Shown here piece after piece: positions 39,109 through 50,127 of a stretch of DNA of 64,000 bases. The notes beneath the pieces are model-generated. The model had not been told where the DNA came from. It made no database searches and was given only the letters and a program-made list of their open reading frames with translations. This stretch comes from Azolla caroliniana (taxonomy: Eukaryota; Plantae; Polypodiophyta): contig JBHGNT010000002.1 in assembly GCA_043228905.1 (NCBI GenBank), positions 22,692,001 through 22,756,000 on the forward strand. The letters are read 5' to 3'. How positions within the stretch are numbered: the stretch's first letter is position 1; each line of letters begins with the position of its first letter. The translations under genes were made by a program, and so were the position numbers.

Positions 39109-40278
39109 ATGGCCACCGTTAGCGCTGAAGAGTATCAATCCGTTTTCTCGGAATTTCAATGCTTGAAAGAGAAGTTTCATGCTTTGGAACAAGAAAATCA
39201 ACGCTTGTTGGGGGATCTTCAGCAAATTTCCTTAGAAAAGCGGCAAACGCAACAACAGCATGGGGAACTTGCGTTACGCGTGCAACAACTCGAAGCAACC
39301 ATCGTAGCAATGCAACAACAAGGGCACGGAGCACAAGGGATTTATAAAGAACCCAAGATTGGCCTTCCCACGAAGTTCGATGGAACGCGATCGCAGTTTA
39401 GAGGGTTTCTTAACCAGGTACGGTTAGTTATTCAAATGCATCCGTCCCGATATCCCACCGATGCATCACGAGTGGGTTTAGTAGGCACGTTGTTAAATGG
39501 CTCAGCATTAGCATGGTTCGCTCCGCTACTAGAAAAGGAATCTCCAGTACTAAATAATTTTGAAGAATTCATAAGTGAGTTTAAAGCATGTTTTGGAGAT
39601 ACTGACAGCATAAGGACTGCAATCAACAAAATCCGGCGATTACGCCAAGGTGACCGTCCAGCCTCCGCATATGCTGCAGATTTCCGCCTACTCGCCGCCG
39701 ATATCCCCTGGGATGATCAAGCATTGATGGAGCAGTTCCGCTATGGTCTACGCAACGATGTCAAGGATTTACTCTTGACTTTCCCTGAAGAGCCAAAATC
39801 ATTAACAGAAGCAATCAGTCGAGCGGTCAGATGTGACAACCGCCTCTTCGAGCGACGTTCGGAACGACAATTTCAGATGCCGAGGGCAAGATCCGAGCCT
39901 ACCTATGCCTCAGTGGTAGCGAAACCTTTTCAAAGGGAGTCACATAATGCGCCTCCAGTAAGTACTCCAACTCCAATGGAAATTGACACTACACGTCGTC
40001 GTGGGCCGCTATCGGAGGAGGAAAAGCAACGACGCCGAACAAACCGATTATGCCTTTATTGCGGTGGACCAGGGCATATCGCGATAAACTGTCCCCATAG
40101 ACCAAGAAGGCAGGTAAACCAAGTCATTGTTAGTTCTGACTATACTAAACCCGAGTCTATTTCAGTAGGAATCTCTGATAATCCTCATAGTCATAATAGT
40201 CCTAATAGTACTAATAGTCCGAATCTCGCAAACAAATTTGATGTCCTTAGCCAATTAGAAGAAGAGTTAAACGACTAA
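39109..40278 (+). CDS. gag: Chromo-2 Gag (coiled coil, Ty3/PEG10-like capsid, CCHC knuckle), 389 aa
   Basis: Intact ORF; PTKFDGTR, LRQGDRPASAYAADFR, CLYCGGPGHIAINC. Confidence 0.95.
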   Translation: MATVSAEEYQSVFSEFQCLKEKFHALEQENQRLLGDLQQISLEKRQTQQQHGELALRVQQLEATIVAMQQQGHGAQGIYKEPKIGLPTKFDGTRSQFRGFLNQVRLVIQMHPSRYPTDASRVGLVGTLLNGSALAWFAPLLEKESPVLNNFEEFISEFKACFGDTDSIRTAINKIRRLRQGDRPASAYAADFRLLAADIPWDDQALMEQFRYGLRNDVKDLLLTFPEEPKSLTEAISRAVRCDNRLFERRSERQFQMPRARSEPTYASVVAKPFQRESHNAPPVSTPTPMEIDTTRRRGPLSEEEKQRRRTNRLCLYCGGPGHIAINCPHRPRRQVNQVIVSSDYTKPESISVGISDNPHSHNSPNSTNSPNLANKFDVLSQLEEELND

Positions 40279-43159
40279 GTCCAGCCAAAATAGGAGCCGT
40301 TTGGTTGGACAGCCCTAGATCTGTGCAGCCCATTAGTGGTTCCATTCCCTCTAAGCAAGTTAGTGATGTGTTCGTAGCCCAAGTAGCAGTTAGTACTAAA
40401 AGTACCCCTCCAGTACATACCTTAGCCCTTCTAGATTCCGGAGCTAATTCTTGCTTCATGGATAGGAATTTTGCCCGAGCTCATCAGATATCTCTCAGAA
40501 AGCTCCCATGTCCAGCCTCAGTAGTAGTCATTGATGGTCGTCCCATTGCTTCTGGTAATATCATAGAAGAGTCGGAACCCGTTAATATTGTCCTAGATAA
40601 CTTAACATGTGTAGTATCATTTAATATTATTAGTATTCCAGAACATCCCATAGTTTTAGGATTACCATGGTTCGAGTTACATGACCCAGACATAGATTGG
40701 AGGACAAGGGAAATCCGGTTGCGACAAACCCAAGGATCTACCCAGAAGGTTGCAACCATTTCGCTACGTCAGTTGCGTGAGGAAGGGCGCAAGGAGGAAA
40801 TGTTTCTCTTTGCAATATCAGTACAACCCTCCAGCACCACCAAAGAGGAGTCCACCGTTCAACTTCCCGAGAAGTATCGTCAGTATGCTGATGTGTTCGA
40901 TAAAGTACAAGCCAACACACTTCCTCATCATCGGCCGTACGACTGCGCCATCGACTTACAACCGGGAAAAGAACCGCCATGGGGGCCGATCTACAATTTG
41001 TCACCAACCGAGCTAGAAGTCCTTCGAGCCTATATAGAGGAGAATTTGGAGAACGGTTTCATTCGGCATTCGAAATCTCCAGCCGGCGCACCCATTTTCT
41101 TCGTCAAGAAAAAAGATGGCTCGCTTCGACTCGTTGTAGATTACCGTGGCTTGAATAAGGTCACAGTAAGAAATAGGTATGCTCTTCCCCTTATCTCAAG
41201 TCTTTTAGAACGGATCAACGGTGCCAGGTTCTTCACGAAGATCGACTTACGAGGAGCCTATAACCTCGTACGGATCCGACCAGGAGATGAATGGAAGACC
41301 GCGTTTCGCACCAGATATGGGCACTTCGAGTATACGGTCATGCCGTTCGGACTCACTAATGCGCCGACAGTCTTCCAGCACATGGCGAATGATATATTTC
41401 GAGATCTCTTGGATGATTTTTTGATCATCTATTTGGATGATCTACTGGTTTATTCAAAGACCCAAGAAGAACATGATTCTCATGTACTATTAGTACTAAA
41501 ACGACTTCGAGAACATGGTCTGTATGCAAAGTTAGAGAAATGTAGTTTCGGGTGCAACCAAGTGGAGTTTCTCGGCTATGTCATCTCCTCAGAAGGCATA
41601 TCTATGGACCCAGCCAAGGTCAAAACGGTGATAGAATGGCACACTCCGCGTTCGGTGCGGGATGTGCAATGCTTCCTAGGCTTTGCAAATTTCTACCGGA
41701 AGTTCATACAAAATTACTCAAAAATTGTGCTGCCTCTCACACAGCTCACCAGGAAGGGACAATCATTCATTTGGTCTAAAGAGACGGACATGGCTTTCGA
41801 GAGTCTTAAGAAGGCGTTTACATCAGCTCCAATTTTAGGTCATGTGGATCCGGAAAAACCATTCATTATCGAAGCTGATGCATCGGATTTCGCATTGGGG
41901 AGCATTCTGTCACAACAGGGTAAGGACGAGAAGCTACATCCTGTGGCTTTCCACTCCCGTAAGTTTGACGCCGCCGAAATCAACTACGAAATTCATGATA
42001 AAGAGCTATTAGCAATAGTTGATTCTTTTATGCAATGGAGGCATTTCCTGGAGGGATCTCCTCATCAGGTCACTGTATTCAGTGACCACAAGAACCTTGC
42101 CTACTTTCAAGATGCTCGTGTACTGAATCGACGTCAAGCTCGGTGGGCCCACTTCCTCACACGCTTCGACTTCAAAATTACATATCGTCCGGGGAAGCAC
42201 CAAGGGAAGGCAGATGCATTATCACGACGTTCGTATCTAACACCACGTCCCGGTGAGCCAGCTTTCGATAACCAGAAACAAGTAATCTTGGGTCCAGCAC
42301 GACTGCAAGCAGCACAGGTCTTTGACATGCCCGTGGATTCCGACATTACCAATACTATACGTGAGGACTTGAAGACTGACGCTTTCGCCCAAGCTATACT
42401 AGCACAAATTGACCCCTCTCGAGCGTCATGTTCACAATCACAATCACCAGGTACGGATTATCGGCAATTCAAATACTGTGATGGATTACTCTTCTTTAAA
42501 GAACTTTTGTATGTTCCTAATGGTTCTTGCCGCCTTCGAGTAGTACAAAACTGCCATGACACATATACAGCAGGACATTTTGGTAGTACTAAAACATTAG
42601 ATTTAGTACAACGATCATTTTGGTGGCCCCGTATGCGACAATTTGTCGAAGATTTTGTTCGGACTTGCGATACATGCTGCAGAGCGAAAATGCCAAGACA
42701 TCATCCATATGGTTTATTAGAACCATTACCAATTCCAAGCAAGCCATGGCAATCCATTGCTCTTGACTTCATTACAGATCTTCCAGTCTCTAAGGGATTC
42801 AGTGCGATTTTCATAGTGGTGGATCGATATACGAAGATGGCTCATTTCTTACCATGTACTAAAGAAATATCTAGTGAAGACACCGCCGAAATTGTCATGC
42901 GGGAAGTATGTCGGCATCATGGACTCCCTGATAATATCATCAGCGATCGTGGACCCCAGTTTGTGTCAAAATTCTGGAAGCACCTTTTTAAAATGCTGAA
43001 GGTCACTTGTAACCTCTCCTCCGGCTACCACCCACAAACCGACGGTCAAGCTGAACGAACAAATCAAACACTGGAGCAGTATCTGCGGTGCTTTCTCAAC
43101 TATCATCAGAATGACTGGGCATATATTCTTCAGTTCGCCGAATTTGCCTATAATAACGC
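40266..43159 (+). CDS. pol: Chromo-2 Pol, 5' part (PR, RT, RH, most of INT), -1 frame relative to gag, interrupted at 43160
   Basis: LLDSGA, YLDD, ADASDFALG, HHCC, SDRGPQF, QAERTNQ, FAYNNA then the insertion. Confidence 0.95.
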
Positions 43160-43566
43160 TGTGGAGATATTACGCAAGTGCGTGTGGAATCGAGGCGGGA
43201 CCGCGGGGGTCTCGAACCAAAGAGCAAGCGAGGGAGGAGAAAGAGAGAGAACCGGCTACGCAGGACCGGGGATACACAGGGACACGGCCCTTCAGCACGG
43301 AGAACGCGAACAGACACCGACACAGACAGATGCGAACGACTAAATATGTATATTAACAAAATTGCTAACACGATTACAACCCTCGATGGGGCACAGGTTG
43401 GTTACAACCGAACAGGCCGGCGAACAGATGCCGATGCCTGTTCGCTTCGACGCACAAACGGGGTAGCAGGTCGGAGGTGCTGCCGGAAGCACTCGGGCGT
43501 TCCTCGAAACAGCGCGAGCCTCCTCGGAACCCTGCACAGAAGCTATGGAGCTCGAGAAGGAAGGAG

Positions 43567-43601
<35 letters not shown>

Positions 43602-44038
43602 CTCCCAGAAACGGTCCGGCAGCACTTCGTCCTCTCCGCGCGTCGAGATCCCTGCAACAGCTCTTTCCCGCTCCTTATATAGGCCGACGAGCAGGCCGTC
43701 GTGTCAGCTTTATTCCCTGTCCCTTTTGGACAGGGATCCGCTCCGTTTTTCACGCATCCGCGTAGTTACGCCGCCGACTCGTACAGTTCGCGCGCGCGAC
43801 CGAAAAGACTGTTCGCGCGGTCTTTGTCTCCACGCGAGTTAGGGCCCGTTCTTGCCGATTATCCTCCTAATTCGCTTCTATGTACAACTTGGAGCGTGCG
43901 CGCGTGAAGAACCGGTTCCCACGCCTTGGTGCGCCGATTCCGCCTATGGACGGTTTTCTTCACGACATCCGCCCCCACCTAACCGCGCATCCTCCGGTAT
44001 GCGCCAAGAGAGTTGGGACGGAGAAAACCGGCCCGTCT

Positions 44039-47000
44039 TCATTCCTCGCCCGTCGGTTCTTCCTCGTTCTCGGATCGTTCGTCACTGCCGACCAGGAGAG
44101 CCGGGTCCGGCTCATCGTCATGTCGCTTCTTGAACGCTTTGATCCGCTTCCCTGCAACCGGTATCGCCACTCTCGTGCCGTCAAGTTCCGCCAGGTGATA
44201 TGTCCCGTTGTCATTGGCGCTCCGTACCACGTAGGGCCCAAACCACCTTCGTGCGAACTTCCGTGTGGCTCGGTGCTGGTTGTCGAGGCTGCTGTCGTAG
44301 ACGAGCACCCAGTCACCTTCTTCGATCTTCTTTGGTCGGAGCCGGTGCGTTCGGTCGAACCTGGCTTTGTTCTTTGCTCTCGCCACCCGGAGCCTCTCCG
44401 TAGCCAGTTCCACGTCCTCCGGTCTCCGCTCGAGCTGTCGTATGCGCGCGGCCAACAACTCCTCCCGGCTCATCTCGTCCCGCCAGGCGACCGTTGCCCA
44501 CGAGGAGATCGTCCGTTCCATCGGCATGACCGGCTTCTGGCCGAACATGAGCTCCGTCGGCATGTACCCGGTTACCGAACTGTGCGTGGTCCGGTCTGCC
44601 CACAAAGCATAAGGTAGCAGCCGCGGCCAGTTACCGACTTGGCCTCCGCATGCCCGAACCAACGCCTTGACGATCGGCCCGTGTCCGCGCTCCACCTTCC
44701 CATTCGCCTCCGGATTGTACGCAGTGGTGAGCGAGAGCTTGACTCCCAGCCGGTCGAACAGCTCCGCGGCTTCTTCGGCGTCCAACTCCCCTCGGTCAGC
44801 CACGATCTTCCCGACGCACCCGTACCGGCATATCACGTCCTCGATCAGGAACCGACACACGGCCTCGGTCGTCTTGTTCTGAAGGGCTCGGCCTTCCACC
44901 TGGTTCGTCAGGTCTTCCCGCGCTAGGACCAGATACCGCATCTGTCCTACCCCCATCGGCATCGTCACTAGATCTACCATCCATTTGAAGTGGATAGTCG
45001 GAGGGTACGTAGGGCGAAGCCCGTCCCGGTGTCGGACCATCGAGTGCATCTGACAACTCTCGCAAGTTGACACGAACCGATGCACGTCCCGGTACAATCC
45101 CGGCCACCAGTACTTCCCCTTCAGCTTCTCAAATGTCGCCCACGTTCCACGGTGTCCAGCCCAAGGGCTGTCATGGTAGGCCGCCAGTAGCTCCTCCTGT
45201 TCTTCCTTCATCGCCACCACCCGGAGCGGGACGCCGTTCCTCTTCTTCGGGTGCTTCCACAAATGCCCATCTCGGAGAAAGAATCGATATGCTTTCTTCC
45301 GGATCCGGTTGGCCTCGTCCTTCGTCCATGACGCATCGGGCGTCATTGTCTTCAAAAACCCGCCGATCTGCAGCCACTCCCCGTCGTACTTGCTCGCGTC
45401 GAACTCGTTAAGCGCCGGAGTGCTCATCCCGTCGGTCGTTATGTATGCCGCCTCGAAGAAATCCACGCCGACTTCTTCGTCTTCCGAAACCATGCCGCCC
45501 TCGTCGTCGAACCTCGCCCTCGAAAGCATGTCGGCCATGGCGTTGTCTTTCCCGGAAATGTGTCGTATTTCCGGGTCCAGGGACTTGATGTACGCTATCC
45601 ACCTGAGCATCGCCAGGTCCGGAGTCGCGCATCCGGAAACCATACCGAGAATCGGCAGGCAATCCGTCTCGATGATCACTTCTGTCCCTATCAGGTAGTC
45701 TTTGTCGGCCTTAACCGCCGAAACAATACCCCAGAGTTCGCGTTTAACCTGGGCGTATCCTCGCTGTCGTTCGCTGAGGACTTTCGCGCCGAACCGGATC
45801 GGAAACCGATTGCCGTCCTCGTCTTCCTGGTTCACGACCCATCCGATCCCGGTCGGACTGGTATCCACCGTTATGAATACCGGGGTACCCTTCCCGTATA
45901 CCGCCTTCCGGAGTGCCGGTGCCGCTGCAAGGGCCTCTTTCAGCTTCCGGACCGATTCCGCGTGCTCGTCTAGCCATTCGAACCTTCGCCCCTTTTTCAG
46001 CAACCCGTACAGTGGCTCCGCGACGTGTGCGTAATGCGGGATCCATATGTGGTAGAACGCGCATGCCCCCAGGAATCTCCGTACTTCCGTGACCGAGCTG
46101 CAGTCGGGCTTCATCGCGGAGATGGCTTCTACCTTTGCCGGAGACGGTTTCCGGCCATATGGTCCGCACAGGTGCCCGACCACCATGATTTCTGACTGCC
46201 CGAAGGCCGACTTCTCCCCGGAGAAGGTGAGTCTCGCATCCTCTAGCCTTTGCAGCACCTTCTCGCAGTCGTCGATGTGCATTACCACGAATCGCCGGCA
46301 TCCGTCCGGCCCGACCGTCTCGTCCTTCTCTTCTACCGGGCATCCCTTGATCGGGATGTCGTCTAGAAACGGCATGGTGATGTCCGGGATGCAGTCCCTC
46401 AGCACCTTGTTCATTGCATTCACCATGTGGGCCACCGAGTTGGTCCCTCCTTGCGGCAGTGTACACATCCGAACTAGGCCGAGGGGAGTTCGCATCGTCG
46501 TAATGTCTCTGCTCTCCACGGCTAGCTGGAACTGGTCGTACCCTGAGTATAGATCCCCGACCAAGTAAATTGACCTCCCGGCGAAGGCCTCCGCGAACTC
46601 GTCTATGGTCGGTCCGATCCCTGCGTTCCGAATGGTCACTCGATTGACCGGCTGCAGGTCCTGGATGAAGCGCAACGAACCGTTTTTCTTCGGTACGGTA
46701 AACCATCGATTCGAATATGGGGCGCTCGACGGCTCGAGAATTCCCATATCAACTTTCTGCCTCAGCAGCTCCATCAACTTCGGGATGTGAGCTCTCGGAA
46801 CCGAAATTGCCTTGAGATTCCACGGTACATGCGGTACCGTGAATATCACCATCGGCTCTACGATCGTCGGGTCCACGCACCCGATTTCCTCCGGCGAGAA
46901 TGCGAAGGCTTTCCCGTGCCTTCCGAGCATTCTCCGGAACCGGTCTTCCTCCGCCGGCAATAGGAACCCGCCCCCACCGATCTTCAGCTCGCGGAGCGTC

Positions 47001-47527
47001 TCGTTGGTGAAGGTGTGTCCTATGCAGGCCGGATCTCGTAAGCTGGGGTCCGATGCAACCCCTTTGATTCGGGACTCGCTGCCCTCCGGTAAGGGTGCCG
47101 CGACTGGCCTCACCTTCCGATCCACGGTCTTGTACTTGGTGCTCACTCGGGCCGTCTGTTCCGACTCGAGCCCTCGACCGAAGTCCGCGATGACCTCGTA
47201 CATTTCCTCTGAACATACCGGTATCGTCCGGTCTTCGTTAAAGTCTTCTTCGACTACCTCCCCCAGCATTCCCAAGGTGTCGTCGAAGGAGACTGCCTCC
47301 ACGGCTCCGATGATTCCTTCGTCAGGGCCGAGAACTCCGCACGCCCGAAGTCTCCCCTCCGTCTTTGTTTTCTCTCGGCCGGTGATGCCGACCATCGTAC
47401 ATGCTCCGCTGTCGGAGAAGCAAAATTTCCTACCTATTGTACACGGTTTTATCGTACAGATGTGGGGTTTTCCCGGAGCATCCGGACTGTCGCGGCCCCA
47501 CGCCTTGGCAGTCCTCTCTAAAAATCC
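44039..47527 (-). CDS. pol: Copy C ORF2: RT, RNase H, integrase with GPY motif, no chromodomain; entered by predicted -1 frameshift
   Basis: Open from the slippery site to 44039; YKTVDRKVRPV, LPQGGTNS, PFLDD, VDTSPTG, H..H..CESC, VDLV/ADRGE/VERGH, WFGPY. Confidence 0.93.
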   Translation of the reverse strand, partial: GFLERTAKAWGRDSPDAPGKPHICTIKPCTIGRKFCFSDSGACTMVGITGREKTKTEGRLRACGVLGPDEGIIGAVEAVSFDDTLGMLGEVVEEDFNEDRTIPVCSEEMYEVIADFGRGLESEQTARVSTKYKTVDRKVRPVAAPLPEGSESRIKGVASDPSLRDPACIGHTFTNETLRELKIGGGGFLLPAEEDRFRRMLGRHGKAFAFSPEEIGCVDPTIVEPMVIFTVPHVPWNLKAISVPRAHIPKLMELLRQKVDMGILEPSSAPYSNRWFTVPKKNGSLRFIQDLQPVNRVTIRNAGIGPTIDEFAEAFAGRSIYLVGDLYSGYDQFQLAVESRDITTMRTPLGLVRMCTLPQGGTNSVAHMVNAMNKVLRDCIPDITMPFLDDIPIKGCPVEEKDETVGPDGCRRFVVMHIDDCEKVLQRLEDARLTFSGEKSAFGQSEIMVVGHLCGPYGRKPSPAKVEAISAMKPDCSSVTEVRRFLGACAFYHIWIPHYAHVAEPLYGLLKKGRRFEWLDEHAESVRKLKEALAAAPALRKAVYGKGTPVFITVDTSPTGIGWVVNQEDEDGNRFPIRFGAKVLSERQRGYAQVKRELWGIVSAVKADKDYLIGTEVIIETDCLPILGMVSGCATPDLAMLRWIAYIKSLDPEIRHISGKDNAMADMLSRARFDDEGGMVSEDEEVGVDFFEAAYITTDGMSTPALNEFDASKYDGEWLQIGGFLKTMTPDASWTKDEANRIRKKAYRFFLRDGHLWKHPKKRNGVPLRVVAMKEEQEELLAAYHDSPWAGHRGTWATFEKLKGKYWWPGLYRDVHRFVSTCESCQMHSMVRHRDGLRPTYPPTIHFKWMVDLVTMPMGVGQMRYLVLAREDLTNQVEGRALQNKTTEAVCRFLIEDVICRYGCVGKIVADRGELDAEEAAELFDRLGVKLSLTTAYNPEANGKVERGHGPIVKALVRACGGQVGNWPRLLPYALWADRTTHSSVTGYMPTELMFGQKPVMPMERTISSWATVAWRDEMSREELLAARIRQLERRPEDVELATERLRVARAKNKARFDRTHRLRPKKIEEGDWVLVYDSSLDNQHRATRKFARRWFGPYVVRSANDNGTYHLAELDGTRVAIPVAGKRIKAFKKRHDDEPDPALLVGSDERSENEEEPTGEE

Positions 47528-49641
47528 TCTCGGTTTTCGGAACCGAGGGAATCGCGGTTACGTTCGTGGTTCGGCCTTACCGTCAGAAACTGGACCGAAT
47601 GGCGCCCGTCTTGGCTTTTGACCCTCGCGTAGGCCGAACCATTGTCCAGCACTTTGGTCTCCATTCGCGCCGCCGTGATGTACGGCTCTCCCAGAATGAC
47701 CGGATGCGAAGACGTCTCCTGCACGAAGAAATGCTGGTCAATCTCGACGTCGCCGATCTTGACTCGCACATTCGGACAGGCCCCGTGCAGTTCCTCGGTG
47801 GCGCGCGTTGCCGCCCTTATTTTCCACCCGTGCTTGGTGTTGATCGGCCATTTGCCCTTCTTATAGAAGTCCATGGACATCAAATTGATCTCCGATCCGT
47901 GGTCTACCAAAGCTATCACCGGTTCCTGGACATCGCCGATCTTCACCGGGGTTTCCGTGGTCGCTCGGGCCCAGTGCGGTCTCGAATAGTGGCTTTCCGC
48001 CCACTCGTCTCCCAGCGCCATGTCGTCTAGGTGCGTCGTCCGCACTTCCACCGGTCTTTCCGGTTCTGTCTCCGTTGACAGCCTCTTCCGTTTCACCAAG
48101 TCCACGATGGAGTCGTGGAACTCCTTCTTGGCGATTCCCAGCACCTCCCGTAGCGACAGCTCCACCTTGCTGTCGAGGATCCGTTCCTCCAGGACCTTTC
48201 GTAAGTCCGTGGTTCTTTCTATCTCCGTCCCCAGACGGTACCCGCCCTTCTGGGGTTTATCTTGCGTACCGGCCCCGCCTGCTTCGTCCCGTCGTGGCCC
48301 GGACCGGGTCTCGTATCGTTGTGAGGGCCCGGTCGTCCCGGGTTTCCCCACCCGCTTCTCTTCTACCAGAGCCTCGTAGTTCCGGCAATCGGCTTCCACG
48401 AAGCCCGTCTTTTCCTCGACCGGGTCGCTCCACCCGGTCATCTCCCGTACCCGTTTCTCCGCACGGTCCGATTCCTCCCTCTTCATCCTCGTATCGGCAA
48501 GGCCTTCCAGCACCGTCGGCCAGAATCCGGCTTTGCTTCCTCTTCGGGCCTCGTTGCCCCCGACTCGAATACCGGCCGACGCCGAGTAGTGGACGGTTTC
48601 CGCATGTCGGGCCGCCGCCTCTTCCATCAACCTCTTCATTCCGCCTCGCCCGTCGTTTCGGCTCAGGGCCCTTCGGGTGTCGCTGGCATGCACCCGTCCT
48701 TCCCACAGGTACACCACCCTGTCCCTTAGCGCCTCCGCGAAGTCGCCGCAGTCCTTCCGAATGTGGCCGACTTCATCGCACCACATGCACCTGTTTCCTG
48801 CCGCCGGCCGTCGGTCACGAGCCGGTTCGCCACCTTCCCTTCGGGCTTGCGCGATTTGGAGGTCCTTTACCGCCCTCGTCAATTCCTCCAGCGCCGCTCC
48901 TCCGGTCGAGCCTCTGACTACGCCGGTCGAAGCCGAACCGGTTTCCAACCACTCTCCGGTCTCTTCCTTTCGCACCCGTGGCGCTGGTTCGAACTTCCTT
49001 GCTGCGACCGAGCCCGACCCGGTTACCCCGTTATCCACCCATTCTCGCCGTTTGTCGAAACGGCCACAGACTTTCTTGACAGCTGCCCAGTCGGTAGTGA
49101 GCCCGTCTTCGGTTTCCAGCAAGAGGCCCACTTGCTCCCGATCCCGCTCATCGACCGACTTGACAAACAGCAAGACCCGGCTTGTATCCAGGACCATCCT
49201 GTCAAGCGCCGAAAGGCGCGCGAAGTTCTCGAACTCCCGGAGGAGTGCCAACGCATTCCTTCCTTTCCCGGGAGACTCCACCCATTCCATGAACCTTCGC
49301 TTCGAAAGCCGGAGCGCGTCGTCCAGCCCGTATTTCTCTAGGAGCCGACCTTCGAACTCCTCCCAGGTACGGCTCTCCGCCCGCACCTCGAGCACCTCCG
49401 CATGGATGCCCGGCATTGCGACTCGGGGAAATCCGGCAAGACGCCTTTCTTCCGGAATGTCCCGCATCAACATTTCCGCACCGTAGGACGCCAGATACTT
49501 CGTGGCATCCCTCCCATCGAACCGGCCGATCGTGCCGACAACCGCCTCAATAGCTCTGTCGAGGGCACCGGTGCCCTCGCGCGCGTTTACAATCCGATCC
49601 ACGGCCGAAGCCATGGCCTCTGCAAGATCCGACCCCCTCAT
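47518..49641 (-). CDS. gag: Copy C ORF1: Gag + CCHC knuckle + aspartic protease
   Basis: First ATG at 49641 (MRGSDLAEAM); CMWCDEVGHIRKDC; ALVDHGSEIN...VILGEPY; ends GAG GAT TTT TAG. Confidence 0.92.
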   Translation of the reverse strand: MRGSDLAEAMASAVDRIVNAREGTGALDRAIEAVVGTIGRFDGRDATKYLASYGAEMLMRDIPEERRLAGFPRVAMPGIHAEVLEVRAESRTWEEFEGRLLEKYGLDDALRLSKRRFMEWVESPGKGRNALALLREFENFARLSALDRMVLDTSRVLLFVKSVDERDREQVGLLLETEDGLTTDWAAVKKVCGRFDKRREWVDNGVTGSGSVAARKFEPAPRVRKEETGEWLETGSASTGVVRGSTGGAALEELTRAVKDLQIAQARREGGEPARDRRPAAGNRCMWCDEVGHIRKDCGDFAEALRDRVVYLWEGRVHASDTRRALSRNDGRGGMKRLMEEAAARHAETVHYSASAGIRVGGNEARRGSKAGFWPTVLEGLADTRMKREESDRAEKRVREMTGWSDPVEEKTGFVEADCRNYEALVEEKRVGKPGTTGPSQRYETRSGPRRDEAGGAGTQDKPQKGGYRLGTEIERTTDLRKVLEERILDSKVELSLREVLGIAKKEFHDSIVDLVKRKRLSTETEPERPVEVRTTHLDDMALGDEWAESHYSRPHWARATTETPVKIGDVQEPVIALVDHGSEINLMSMDFYKKGKWPINTKHGWKIRAATRATEELHGACPNVRVKIGDVEIDQHFFVQETSSHPVILGEPYITAARMETKVLDNGSAYARVKSQDGRHSVQFLTVRPNHERNRDSLGSENREDF

Positions 49642-49663
49642 CTTCTGCTCTTCTGCCGCCTCT

Positions 49664-49681
49664 TTCACGTCGGGTTCACCA
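49664..49681 (-). other. Primer-binding site complementary to the 3' 18 nt of plant cytosolic tRNA-Trp
   Basis: TGGTGAACCCGACGTGAA, 4 nt after the LTR; tRNA-Trp 3' end recalled as ...TTCACGTCGGGTTCACCA. Confidence 0.85.
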
Positions 49682-50092
49682 AAGATGTGGAGATATTACG
49701 CAAGTGCGTGTGGAATCGAGGCGGGACCGCGGGGGTCTCGAACCAAAGAGCAAGCGAGGGAGGAGAAAGAGAGAGAACCGGCTACGCAGGACCGGGGATA
49801 CACAGGGACACGGCCCTTCAGCACGGAGAACGCGAACAGACACCGACACAGACAGATGCGAACGACTAAATATGTATATTAACAAAATTGCTAACACGAT
49901 TACAACCCTCGATGGGGCACAGGTTGGTTACAACCGAACAGGCCGGCGAACAGATGCCGATGCCTGTTCGCTTCGACGCACAAACGGGGTAGCAGGTCGG
50001 AGGTGCTGCCGGAAGCACTCGGGCGTTCCTCGAAACAGCGCGAGCCTCCTCGGAACCCTGCACAGAAGCTATGGAGCTCGAGAAGGAAGGAG

Positions 50093-50127
<35 letters not shown>

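Noticed and set aside
43160-43343. Apparent novel C-terminus of the 1012-aa Pol ORF
   Set aside because: Read-through into the inserted LTR; the real C-terminus resumes at 50494.
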